A stretch of DNA of 64,000 bases from Camelus dromedarius (Eukaryota): positions 10,356,001 through 10,420,000 of the forward strand of contig NC_087438.1 of the NCBI RefSeq assembly GCF_036321535.1, written 5' to 3'. The translations under genes and the position numbers were made by a program. Below, piece by piece: positions 37,901 to 49,900 of this stretch. Each line of letters starts with the position of its first letter. Positions within the stretch are counted from its first letter, which is position 1. The notes beneath the pieces were generated by a model, which was given only the letters and a program-made list of their open reading frames with translations, ran no database searches and was not told the DNA's origin.

Positions 37901-40900
37901 TGTTTTCATTGACGTGAGGTTCTGAACCAAAATGTCAGTGAAAGTGAACGTTTCCCCCCCACGGGTCTTTGATACTAACGAGATTTCTTTGGCTCCATCC
38001 ACCTTACATGTTTTCTCATCTTCTTGGCACTTCCGATCAAATTAAATGTTTAATCCCTGCGCGTTCCTCTGTCAGTTCCACAGTAGCCATTGATTGATTC
38101 AGGTTCCTAAGCACAGCTGAGGGCAGAGTCACACCATTTTCCATGATAAAAGTGACTGTTTAAATATATTGCAATTCCTTCATGTATAAAACTTGGAACC
38201 TGGATGTAAAGAGAGATGGGGGCTTGTCCTGGAGTCAGGCGGCAGCCGTGACCTGCTTGGATAGATCTGGTCTGACTTTGCTCTGCTGGAGCTTGAAGTC
38301 CACATAAGAATCCCTTTCCTGTGTGTTACTGGGAGGCAAAGATGAGGACATGGGCCTCCAGGGCTTAGCCAGGGCCTGGCACGTCATGCGTGATCAGAAA
38401 GGGGACTGCTGTTGTGACTGTCACCCTCGTCATGGCCTTCTCTCCATTTCCCTCGCAGGACTTCCTCAAGTATTCCAAAAAAGCCAGCCTGGATACGTCA
38501 GAACTGGAGGTACTTACACCCCGCTGGGCCTCCAGGGTCTGCCCCGGCTCCCCAGCCCGTCTCTCAATCCCTACGTGTCTGAAGTAGCCCGTCCCTGGGA
38601 GGGAGGGATGGTTGCAGCGGGTGGTGGCGGGTCTCCCCATCCTGGACGTGCCCCTGCAAGCTAGAGGTGGGAGAGGGAGAGGAACTGAATGTGGGGGTGT
38701 ATTTGAGGGCTAGCACACTTGCTTCGCCCCCGAGGAAGCGATCGCTCACTCTGCTTTCCCCCGCCCCGCAGAGAGCCGTGGAGGTCATGTGCATAGTCCC
38801 CAAGCGGTGCAACGACATGATGAACGTCGGGCGGCTGCAGGGATTTGACGTAATGCGGCTGTTCTTCTTTAAACTCGCTCCTCTGGCTGCCATCCCTTTC
38901 TTTTGTCTCGGATTCTTTATCTCCACCTGTAGAAAGCTGATCCTTTTTGCTTGGTTTTCTGTCTTCTCTCGCTGTCCTTCAACCTGATTGATGTTTTCTT
39001 TCAACTTCTTTCGGTATATTTGATTTGCTCCTTGGGGACCTTCCTCTGCTCCAAGCCCAGCGCCTCATGGCGGAAACCAGCAGGGCTCTGCTTAGTCTCT
39101 TGGGCCCTCTGCTCCTGCAAGAGCGGTGTTTCCTTTCCCGGCACGGAGTGGGAAGCAGGTGGCCGGTCCATCTGTCATCCCTGGAAGCGTGACTTCGGGG
39201 TCACTGTGCTCATCATTAGTCTGCAGACTTTCCTATGAGTTGCCAGACTACTCAGATTACACATTACCTATGAGTATCCTAAGGATATTCAGAACCAGAA
39301 TCCTTCCCCCCAACCCCCAATTTGATTATTGAGTGAAGAGACAGGAGTTTTTCCTTTTCTTGCCTACTGTTCTGCTAGAGGATTGGGTTTAACCTGCTGG
39401 TGCTATGGTTCTCAGAGAAGTAAACCCAGACTCTCCTGGAGAGCTCTGAAAACCCAGGTTCCCAAGCAATGTGACCAGGTCCCACTGGGGGTGCTGGTGT
39501 TGCTGGGCGGGGGACCGCACTTGAGAAGCGTTCTTCCACTGCAAACGAGATCCTGAGACCCACTGTCAGGCTTTGATTGTAACTCATGCCAGTGAAGTAC
39601 ACGAAGGTCGGCAAGAATTTGACGTGGGTGATTTTTCTTTTTGGGGCTCAGAACTCATTAGAATAAAAGACATTTTTAGACTCTATAAACGAATACATGA
39701 AAGATACTTTATTATTCTGTGGGAGGAAAGCTAAAGAAAACAGAACTTCATCTGTCTTAACTTAGAATGCAATGTTTTCTTCTCCTATTCCTTTGCCCCC
39801 TTTTCCTTGTTCTAGGGTAAAATTGTTGCCCAGGGCAAGCTGCTCTTACAGGACACATTCTTGGTCACAGACCAAGACACGGGACTTCTGCCTCGCTGCA
39901 GAGAGAGGCGGGTGTTCCTCTTCGAGCAGATCGTCATTTTCAGCGAGCCGCTTGATAAAAAAAAGGGCTTCTCCATGCCAGGATTCCTATTTAAGAACAG
40001 CGTCAAGGTAACCTGTAGGCATGTGTTTTCTCATGTGCTAACGCATACACCCGTCATGCTGATAAACTGTTTCCTTTTTAATGGTGGCATGTCCTGCTGT
40101 CTTGTTTATTAAATATTTAGAAAATTTTCTAATACATTTCAGAACCTTTAAATTCACTCCATCCGTCCGCCATCTGTGTCCTCAGTGGCCAATGTCTTCC
40201 ACATGCTGCAGCCACTCATTTGTACCACGAGAGGCCCTCACCGTGGTTAGTTTTTGTGCTCCACCTTCTCTAGGACCAAGTGAAATTTGTTTAAGTTCAG
40301 GGGCCTGGATTGGGAGAGGAGAGCTTAGCCAGGGTCGTCTTCCCCACTTAACAAAGAGCTATTCTGCACTCAGCTCGGCCTGGGGCTCGAGGGATGGATG
40401 AGGCAGGTGGTCCGTGCCCTGGGGTAGCTTGCTTTCTGATAGAAAAAAATTTATTGTCTGATAAACAATAAAATTATCGCAAATGACCCTGAGTCCTAGA
40501 AAAGGGACAAACCAAGGGTGAGAGAGAGGAGGCCTGAGGTCCCAGCAGATTACCATTTCTAGTTAATTGTTTAAGCTACTGGTTGAACTCCTGGTAATCC
40601 CCATGTACCTGAGTGAGAAGAGTCATTAAAAAGCTTTAAGGTAATGATTCCTGAGGCAATAAAAATGGCAGCTCAGCCAAAAAGTGGTTGTTTCAGTTTT
40701 GACCTAGGATGAACTGTGCCCTCGACCAGTGGGAATAAATGGGCTTTCGTTTTTTTATCGTGGTAAAATACACATAACATAAAAATTAGCAACTTAACCA
40801 TTGTTCAGTGTACAGCCCAATGGCATTAAGGACATTCACATTGTTGTGCAGCTGTCACCACCGTCCACCTCCAGAACTCTTCATCTTCTAAAACTAAAAC

Positions 40901-43900
40901 TCCATACTCATTAAACACTAACTCCCCATTCCACCTCCCCTGGCCCTGCAACCAGCCTTCCATGTACTGTCTCTGGGAGTCTGATGACTCTAGGTACCTC
41001 AGCTAAGTGGAATCATAACAGTGTTCATCTTTTGATGACTGGCTCATTTCACGTAGCATAATGTCCTCCAGGTTCAGCTGTGTTGTACCTTATGACAGAC
41101 TGTCCTTCCTTTTTAAGGCTGAAAAATAGTCTATGGTATATATAGACCAGACTTTGATTATCCATTCATCTGTTGATGGACACATGGGTTGCTTCTGCCT
41201 TTCAGCCGTTGTGAGTAACACTTTTTTTCAGGTGAGTTGCCTTTGCCTGGAGGAAAATGTGGAAAACGATCCCTGTAAATTTGCTCTGACATCGAGGGCG
41301 GGTGATGTGGTGGAGACCTTCATCTTGCATTCATCCAGCCCAAGTGTTCGGCAAACGTGGATCCATGAAATCAACCAAATTTTAGAAAACCAGCGCAATT
41401 TTTTAAACGGTAATGTGTGTTCTGTTCCTGGGTAGGGGTTTTCTTTCCCTAATGTACAGATTTCTGTTTCTCGTCTCCTATTACATACAAATAATAGGAG
41501 ACGCAACTTAGTGGACTGGGCACCGTTCTAAGCACGGTCTGTATGTTGCTTCATTTCATCTTCACAATGACCCTGTGTGGCAGGTACTCCTATTGTTCCC
41601 ATTTTACAGATGAGGAAGCTGAGGCACAAAATGGATTCGTAATTTGCTCCAAGTCCCACAGATTGTTCACAGCAGAGTCAGGATACAGAGCAGGCCATCT
41701 GGCTCTTGGCCGTGTGCCCCACACACTACGCTGTTCATTCCGTCCCCCTGGCTCTCGTACCATATGTGCACCAGAGCCCTGTCCTGGGAAAGGAATGCAT
41801 GAGAAAAAACTTAAGGCAGCGGATGGAATCGGCCAAAGATACTGGAGGCATTCTTGAGGGCAACTTTAAAATTTGTGTTCAATAGCATTGTACATCACGC
41901 CTCCCTCCTCATTAGGACAAGACATGTTTTTTCCTTCCCACTTCCATGGCATGAGTGATTCTAGAAGAGCAATACAATAATGATACAGCACAACACCGTG
42001 CAGCAGTAAGGGGCCAGACCTCAGGGGAAAGGGCTTCTCCACGTGGAGAGGGAGACCACACTGACCTTATGTCACAGTTATTTTGACTCCTTATAGCCCT
42101 GACCTGAAACTGCTTGCTCCTCTTCGTGACAACTGACTTTGACTCTGGTTTTAATTTAACGATCTCAGAAGAGCTTCAAGAATTCAGTGAGAAGCTAAAT
42201 ACTCATTCAATGTGTTTTCTTTCTCCTTTTCTCATGTTCACATTCCGTGTCTATGCCTCGGTCCAACAGGACATTATAATTTCTTTTCTTTTTTTCTTTT
42301 TTTTTTTTTTTTAACATTTTTTATTGAGTTACAGTCATTTTACAATGTTGTGTCAAATTCCAGTGTAGAGCACAATTTTTCAGTTATACATGAACATATA
42401 TATATATATTCATCGTCACATTTTTTTTTCACTGTGAGCTACCACAAGATCTTGTATATATTTCCCTGTACTATACAGTATAATCTTGTTTATCTATTCT
42501 ACATATGCCTGTCAGTATCTACAAATTTTGAACTCCCAGTCTGTCCCTTCCCACCCTCCACCCCCTTGGGAACCACAAGTTTGTATTCTATGTCTGTGAG
42601 TCTGTTTCTCTGTTTCTGTTTGGTATTACGTTCTTTAATTTTTTTTTAAATTCCACATATGAGCAATCTCATATGGTATTTTTCTTTCTCTTTCTGGCTT
42701 ACTTCACTTGGAATGACATTGTTCAGGAACATCCATGTTGCTGCAAATGGCATTATGTTGTCGGTTTTTATGGCTGAGTAGTATTCCATTGTATAAATAT
42801 ACCACATCTTCTTTATCCAGTCATCTGTTGATGGACATTTAGGCTGTTTCCATGTTTTGGCTATTGTAAATAGTGCTGCTATGAACATTGGGGTGCAGGT
42901 GTCATTCTGAAGTAGGGTTCCTTCTGGATATATGCCCAGGAGTGGGATTCCTGGGTCATATGGTAAGTCTATTCCTAGACTTTTGAGGAATCTCCATACT
43001 GTTTTCCACAGTGGCTGCACCAAACTGCATTCCCACCAGCAGTGTAGGAAAGTTCCCTTTGTCTCCACAGCCTCTCCAGCATTTGTCATTTGTGGACTTT
43101 TGAATGATAGCCATTCTGGCTGGTGTGAGGTGTTACCTCATCGTAGTTTTGATTTGCATTTCTCTGATAATTAGTGATATTGAGCATGTTTTCATGTGCC
43201 TATTGATCATTTGTATTTCTTGGAGAATTGCTTGTTTAGGTCTTCTGCCCATTTTTGGATTGGTTTTTTTTTTTTTTAAGTCATATGAGCTGCTTATATA
43301 TTCTGGAGATCAAGCCTTTGTCGGTTTCATCGTTTGCAAAAATTTTCTCCCAATCCATAGGTTGTTGTTTTGTTTTACTTATGGTTTCCTTTGCTGTGCA
43401 GAAGCTTGTAAGTTTCATTAGGTCCCATTTGTTTATTCTTGCTTTTATTTCTATTGCTTGGGTAGACCGCCCTAGGAGAACATTTTTAAGATGTATGTGA
43501 GATAATGTTTTGCCTGTATTTTCTTCTAGGAGGTTTATTGTATCTTGTCTTATGTTTAAGTCTTTGATCCATTTTGAGTTTATCTTTGTGTATGGTGTAA
43601 GGGAGTGTTCATTGATTTACATGCTGCTGTCCAGTTTTCCTAACACCATTTGCTGAAGAGACTGTCTTTATTCCATTGTATCTTCTTGCCTCCTTTGTCA
43701 AAGATTAGTTGACTGAAAGTTTGTGAGTTCATTTCTGGGCTCTCTGTTCTGTTCCATTGGTCCATATGTCTGTTTTTGTAGCAATACCATGCTGTCTTGA
43801 TGACTGTAGCTCTATAGTATTGTCTGAAGTCTGGGAGAGTTATTCCTCCAGCCTCTTTCTTTTTCTTCAGTAATGCTTTGGCAATTCTAGGTCTTTTGTG

Positions 43901-46900
43901 CTTTCATATAAATTTTATTATGAGTTGTTCTAGTTCTGTGAAATATGTCCTGGTTAATTTGATAGGGATTGCATTAAATCTGTAGATTGCCTTGGGCAGT
44001 TTGACCATTTTAACAATATTGATTCTTCCAATCCAGGAACATGGGATATCTTTCCGTTTTTTTAAGTCTACTTTAATTTCCTTCATCAATGGTTTATAAT
44101 TTTCCATGTATAAGTCTTTCACCTCCTTGGTTAGATTTATCCCTATATATGTTATTACTTTGGGTGCTATTTTAAAGGGGATTGTTTCTTGACTTTCTTT
44201 TTCTGTTGATTCATTATTAGTGTAAAGAAATGCAACTGATTTTTGAACGTTAATCTTGTAACCTGCTGCCTTGCTGGATTCTTTGATTAGTTCTAGTAGT
44301 TTTTGTGTGGACCTTATAATTTCTTTGTCACATAAAATCACCTCCACACCTTGAATGACACTTAAGAACCAGGAACACAGGCACTAAAATCAGTGTGGAA
44401 AATCAATGGGGGAGACTGATGGAACACGTGCTTAGCATGCACAAGGTCCCAGGTTCAATCCCCAGTACCTCCACTAAAAAAAATAAATAAATAAAAAAGA
44501 AACTTAAGAAAATAAATAAATAAAAGAATTTTTTTTAAATCAAGGTTACATGGCATTTTTGGCCAAGTGGTAATCAGTTTCTCGGGTGTTAACTCCAGGC
44601 TCCTGTCTAGACTGTAGATTGGTCATTGCTTACATGTCCAGTTAGAATTGGATGTCTGGGGCTGGTGGGTTGGGGGGATGTTCCCGTTTATGTAGAAAAA
44701 AGTTCTGCGCCCATGACTGAGTGAATGCAGGTCTCTTTAAATACGTTGTTCTGAAGTGCTGCATTGAATGCCGGGCCCCAGCATGTAACTACTGGGACGT
44801 CTCTGAACCTCTGCTGTCTTCTTCAAAGTAAAGTGAGCTGCCTCCCGAGTTGCAGGCATGACCGAGCCATGCTCTTCAGGTTTCCCAGGTACTTGTTCAG
44901 TCTAGAGGACGGTAGTAATTCCTGCTCCCGAGGGTGAAGGAGACCAGGAACATGCTCTCGCCTTAGTCTGTCCGGTGTCATTGGCTCCAGAGTGCACTTC
45001 CACACGTGCCTGATGCCTCTGGATTATTGTACATCTCAAAGATTTTCGGTCTTTCAGAATTTGTGTTGGTGTTTCCCCAGATCTTACTTTGCATTTTCCC
45101 CGCAGATGATTATGTAACTGAATCACTAAAGCCCAGAGGTGGGACAGCCTCACAACCCACAGTGGTCTGTGCTCTCCTTCCCTTCCATGTCTCTCCTGCC
45201 CAGTCTGCAAAGCCGAGGTGGTCTCTGCCTCCCTGTTTGGTAACCACAGGATTGCTTAACTGCTCTCTGGTTTAAGAAGACCATTGCAGCACCTGGACTA
45301 AACTTTTTCACTCAAGGAGCCAGCTGGTACCCGGGGAGGCCCAGCTGACTCCCCTAGCAGCTTGGGACCCCGCTGACACTGGCGATTTGCATGGGACGCT
45401 CCCGGCTGATTCAGTTCCTTTTCACTTGGCAGTGGTGCTGGGGCTGTGCTTGCTTCTCCTCCAACCTCTCCTTGACCTTGTACTTCTGCTCCCTTGGCCC
45501 CCTGGCCACCCCTCACAGGGCAGGCAGACTGCCCTTGATGGAGCCAATTTAAACTCCTTCATGAACAGGAGGGTAGAATATAAGACCTTTTCTTTTTCAG
45601 CCCCTGATGTTTGGATGGTGTCAGCCTGCCGCCTGGAGAATGGCTGGGTGTGTCTAGAGCATAGTGATTGGAAGTTAGGTGGATACCCTGTGACTTGACT
45701 GTGGGGCACGAAGACCAGCACTCCCTTTCAATTAATCGTGCCTCTTTTCCTTTGGCCCCTGTGGCGGTCCTTTTCTGGGACCCCTGACTGACTCTCTTCT
45801 GTATCTCACGTGTCTTCCAGCCTTGACATCACCAATCGAGTATCAGAGGAACCACAGCGGGGGCGGCGGCGGCGGGGGCAGCGGCGGGGGTGGGGGCGGC
45901 GGCGGGGCCCCCAGCGGCAGCGGCGGCAGCAACCACGGCGGCGGCCCCGGCAGCGGCGGCGGCCCCCCCAGCTCCAGCCGAAGCAGACCCTCCCGGATCC
46001 CCCAGCCTGTCAGACACCACTCCCCCGTGCTGGTCTCCTCTGCAGCCTCCAGCCAAGCAGAGGCAGACAAGATGTCAGGTATGTCCGCTCCCGGCCTGTC
46101 ACTGCCTCCTCCCAGCAGCAGCCTCGCCCTGGAGCCTGGCCCCAGCCAGCCCACCAGGCGCCCCCCCAGCAGCGAGCCCGAAGGTCCCGAGCGAGAAGCG
46201 GAGCCGATCCCCAAGATGAAGGTGATGGACAGCCCCAGGAAGGCCACCGGGATTGCCACGGGTGCCCATCAGGACGGAGCCGCTAAGGAGGCGCGGGCGC
46301 CCCCGGAGGACGGCCGCGCGCGGAGCGGCCTGGGCCCCCTGCCCTTGGGCAAGCCCCGGCCCGGGGCCATCTCGCCTCTGAACTCTCCTCTGTCTGCCGC
46401 CTTCCCCTCTCCGATCGGCAAGGAGCCCTTGCCCCCTAGCAGCCCCCTGCAGAAGGGGGGCTCCTTCTGGAGCTCCATCCCCGCCTCCCCCTCCAGCCGG
46501 CCCGGCTCCTTCACCTTCCCGGGGGACAGTGACTCCCTCCAGCGGCAGGCGCACCGCCACGCGGCCCCCAGCAAGGACACGGACCGCATGAGCACGTGCT
46601 CCTCGGCCAGCGAGCAGTCCGTGCAGTCCACCCAGAGCAATGGGGTAAGAGCGCCCGGCCGCCTCCGCCCGCCCGCCCCGCTGCCTCTGTCCCGCGGCTC
46701 CTCTTCTAAACCTCCCGCGTCACCGCCGCTGTCCTCGTACTAACTGCGGGCTCTCCGCTGCTGCGCTGCGGTAATCAGCTGCTCCGGGCCTCCCTGCGCA
46801 CTGACCACGCAGACCCGCGGGACGCCTTCTAACCCCTCCTGCTCCCGGCGGACGGCGCGCTCTCGTCTCTACTAACTCGCTGCTTGCTTGGTTTGTGTCT

Positions 46901-49900
46901 CCTTAATACGGGAACGCAGATCATTAACCTTCTGAATGCGGCATCTTTAAACCTTTCACGTTTTCCGACCAACCGAGTATCTTGGAACTTCCTCTCTAGC
47001 TCCTGCCTTCCTCACACACTTTTTTAGAGGGGTCAGTGTCCCCTCTGTCTACCTCCTACGTCAACTGAAAGCTGTACATTCTAAGCTTTTTGCTCATCGC
47101 TTGGTTGTGCTCTTTTACGCCTTAAATTACCTTTGCAGCGTTTTTGACTCATCTGCTGAAAAAAAAAACCTCAAGAAAACTTCCAACAGCAATTCAAAGC
47201 AAACTTAAACTGACAAAATGGGTGGAAGGAATCTCTCCAGTGGAAATATTTGTCCGTCCCCCCCCCCCCCAAAGTTTCACTGTGGAAGAGAGTCTGCTCT
47301 GGGGCCTCTGGATGGTGGGCTCCACCGGCGGCTGGGAGCGGAGGCGCAGGCAGGCTGGATTCGGAGCGTCCACGTTCTGTCCAGCAGGGGGCGCAGTGCG
47401 GGCGCCGGTCGCTGCAGGGCATCGCCCATCACTATACGTGTTCTCAGCAGAAGGGTTGCTGTGGTGGGGTTTCCCCCCCATCCTGTGGCTTCCTCACTAT
47501 CCTACCCGACTGTTTCGTACACGGCAGATGATCTGACCCATAACACCTTCCCAGAGGCATGCATGAGGAATTAGAGCTGTTCTAATGAGTGTATATTTGA
47601 TCACCTTATAAATTTTTAAATTCATTTCCCTGAAAGGGTCTGTGTTTCTCTTTATACAAAAGAAAAAAGAAAGAAAGAAAGATGGCTTGTGCATGTCTCT
47701 CCCTCTTTCCTCTGGACTTCCATTAATGCTTTGTTGGGGTTGACTTGGCCTTATTCTCTCCTTCTATGTTTTGTTATGTATTTTGTTAACCTCAATCTTT
47801 GTATTTAACTGAGGGAGAAATTAAGAAACGGGTCTTGGTACATTTATTTGCCCTTCAATTTTCTGCTCAAAAGTAAGTGGTAGGGGCAGGCATCCTCTGC
47901 AGTGGCCGTCCCCAGTGTCCTCGGGTCCTGCAGAGAGCCTGGGCCCCCACCTCCTGTTAGTTTCAAAATGCTGGGTATGCAGGTGAGCATCAGAAGAGTT
48001 TCAGCCAGGAGAAAGATGCAGAGGCTGGGTGATGCTCGCACCTGCTAGTGCCTAGTTGAACTCTCAGGATGCAGGCGTGGCCTCACAGCTGAGACCAGTC
48101 TGAAATCAGCCAGGCAACAGCCCTTGAGCCCATCCTAACCTGGACGCTTCCCCTTTGAGCACACGAGGGGTTCTCAGAGCCTGTGTTTCAGAAGGAACAC
48201 CTCACACGCCCTGGTGCGGGAGCCCATGCTGGCCCTTGCGTGTCCCTGAGTGTGCACCAGCCCCCACCCGGCCCCCCCAGGATGCTCACTCTGAGATCAG
48301 GATGCTCACTCTGAGATAAGCCCCGTCAGGTGGGGCACACACGTTCTGGCCAGTGTTAGGTTGCCAAAGTTGCCTCTGGTTTCTGCCTCTCATTGTTTCT
48401 TAATGTGGTAGGTAACCTATAAAGGGAATTTGCCAGTGTTCTGGGTGAGTCCAAGTGCCTTACAGAATCACCCTGGAGGCCTGGGAAGACCACTGGAGGC
48501 CTAGAACAGACATTTGAAAATGTCCTCTAGAACTCTTGAGTATTTTTGTTAAAGGAACCACCACTCTGCCCACTCCCACCCATTCAGGCCACCTAATCCC
48601 CCCGCCGGGTCAGCTGCAGCCTCCTTCCTTCTTGTCGGCTTCTGTGAAGCTGTCTGCGGTCACTGCCAAGCAGCTGTACCTACGCCACGGCCTCGGTCTT
48701 CCTTCCTCCTTTAATGGGCACCTTCTGGAAAGTTCCACCAAGAGCAAGAGAGTGGATGTGGATCAACCCACTGACTGTGCCAGCCCCCAAATGTGGACGT
48801 CCACAACTTCCCCACACCCCTTCCCCAGTCTAGACAGCAGTGAAAATACAGCCTTGCCTTTCTCTCAGAGGCTGGCCAGCATTAAATGAGATAGATTTTT
48901 AAATGCCTGATACTTAGATTGGTACATGGTGAGTTTTCAGAAACTCTAAACAGCTGTGTTCTTGTGGCAAAATATGAATTATGAGACAAAATCTGGTACA
49001 CTGTATTACCAAAGACATCTGTACCACATAAGTTGGTTTTGTTTACATTTTCTAGCAAATGTGGCTTTGTAGTCTCAAAACCATCGGGTGTCAGGATACT
49101 AAAGTGCATGCTAAAAGGATAGGACTGCATAAAGGAGTGTACCCAGGCCAAGCCTAACGTGGACAGTCCGGGGACACGGCCAGACTCCTCAGCTGAGACG
49201 GAAACGAGAACCTGGCACCCCACTGTGTCTAACTTACGTATCCACTGCGGGCCAGAGCATGGCCCAGCCCTTGGGATCCCCAGCACGCTGGCTCGCTGAC
49301 AGTGGACAGCCGTCTGCTTCCGTGTGTCCTGATACCAGCTCAGTAACCCAGAGCTGACATGCATGTGGCAAGATTTCTGACAGTCACATCTGCACAACCA
49401 GGACCTGCCCCAAGCATCCAAGAGCCCAGGTGAGACCAGCGTCTTCAGAGTCCTGGGAATCCGTGAACATCCAGACGACATCTTTGGTGGGAGCCTCTGA
49501 GAAGATGCTGAGGGGAGCAGGGCGCCTGACGTGCCACCTGCCGACAGAGGGGATGGGGCAGGACGTAGCTTGGGATTTGGCAGAGGTCTCAGCTTCCTCC
49601 TCCTTCCCTGGACCAAGGGGTCACTTGGTAAATGACAGCTTGGGACAAATACTGTCATTTGTGGTTTTTTCCACTCAGCAGCTACCACCACACAGCTTGT
49701 GGGCCTGGGTAGGTGGCCTCAAGAAGTGATCTTTGTTTTAATTTTGCAATCTTGCCTCGCTGACTGAGTTACTGAACATGTATTGAGTGCCTGCTACATG
49801 TCAGTCACTGTGATGGATGCTAAAGACACAGTAGTGACCCGAAGAGATCGGGTACCACTGGCACTCCAAGATAAGGAGAAGGTAGGCTTCCCCTTGCCAG

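Noticed and set aside
42646..44347. Minus-strand ORFs resembling a reverse transcriptase protein
   Set aside because: Frameshifted ORF2 remnants of a 5'-truncated L1, not a host gene or novel RT system
44408..44475. tRNA-like B-box sequence
   Set aside because: Part of a SINE with an A-rich tail and degenerate 5' half, not a tRNA gene
48882..49691. 269-aa minus-strand ORF
   Set aside because: Non-ATG start, no domain similarity, intronic antisense location; consistent with chance
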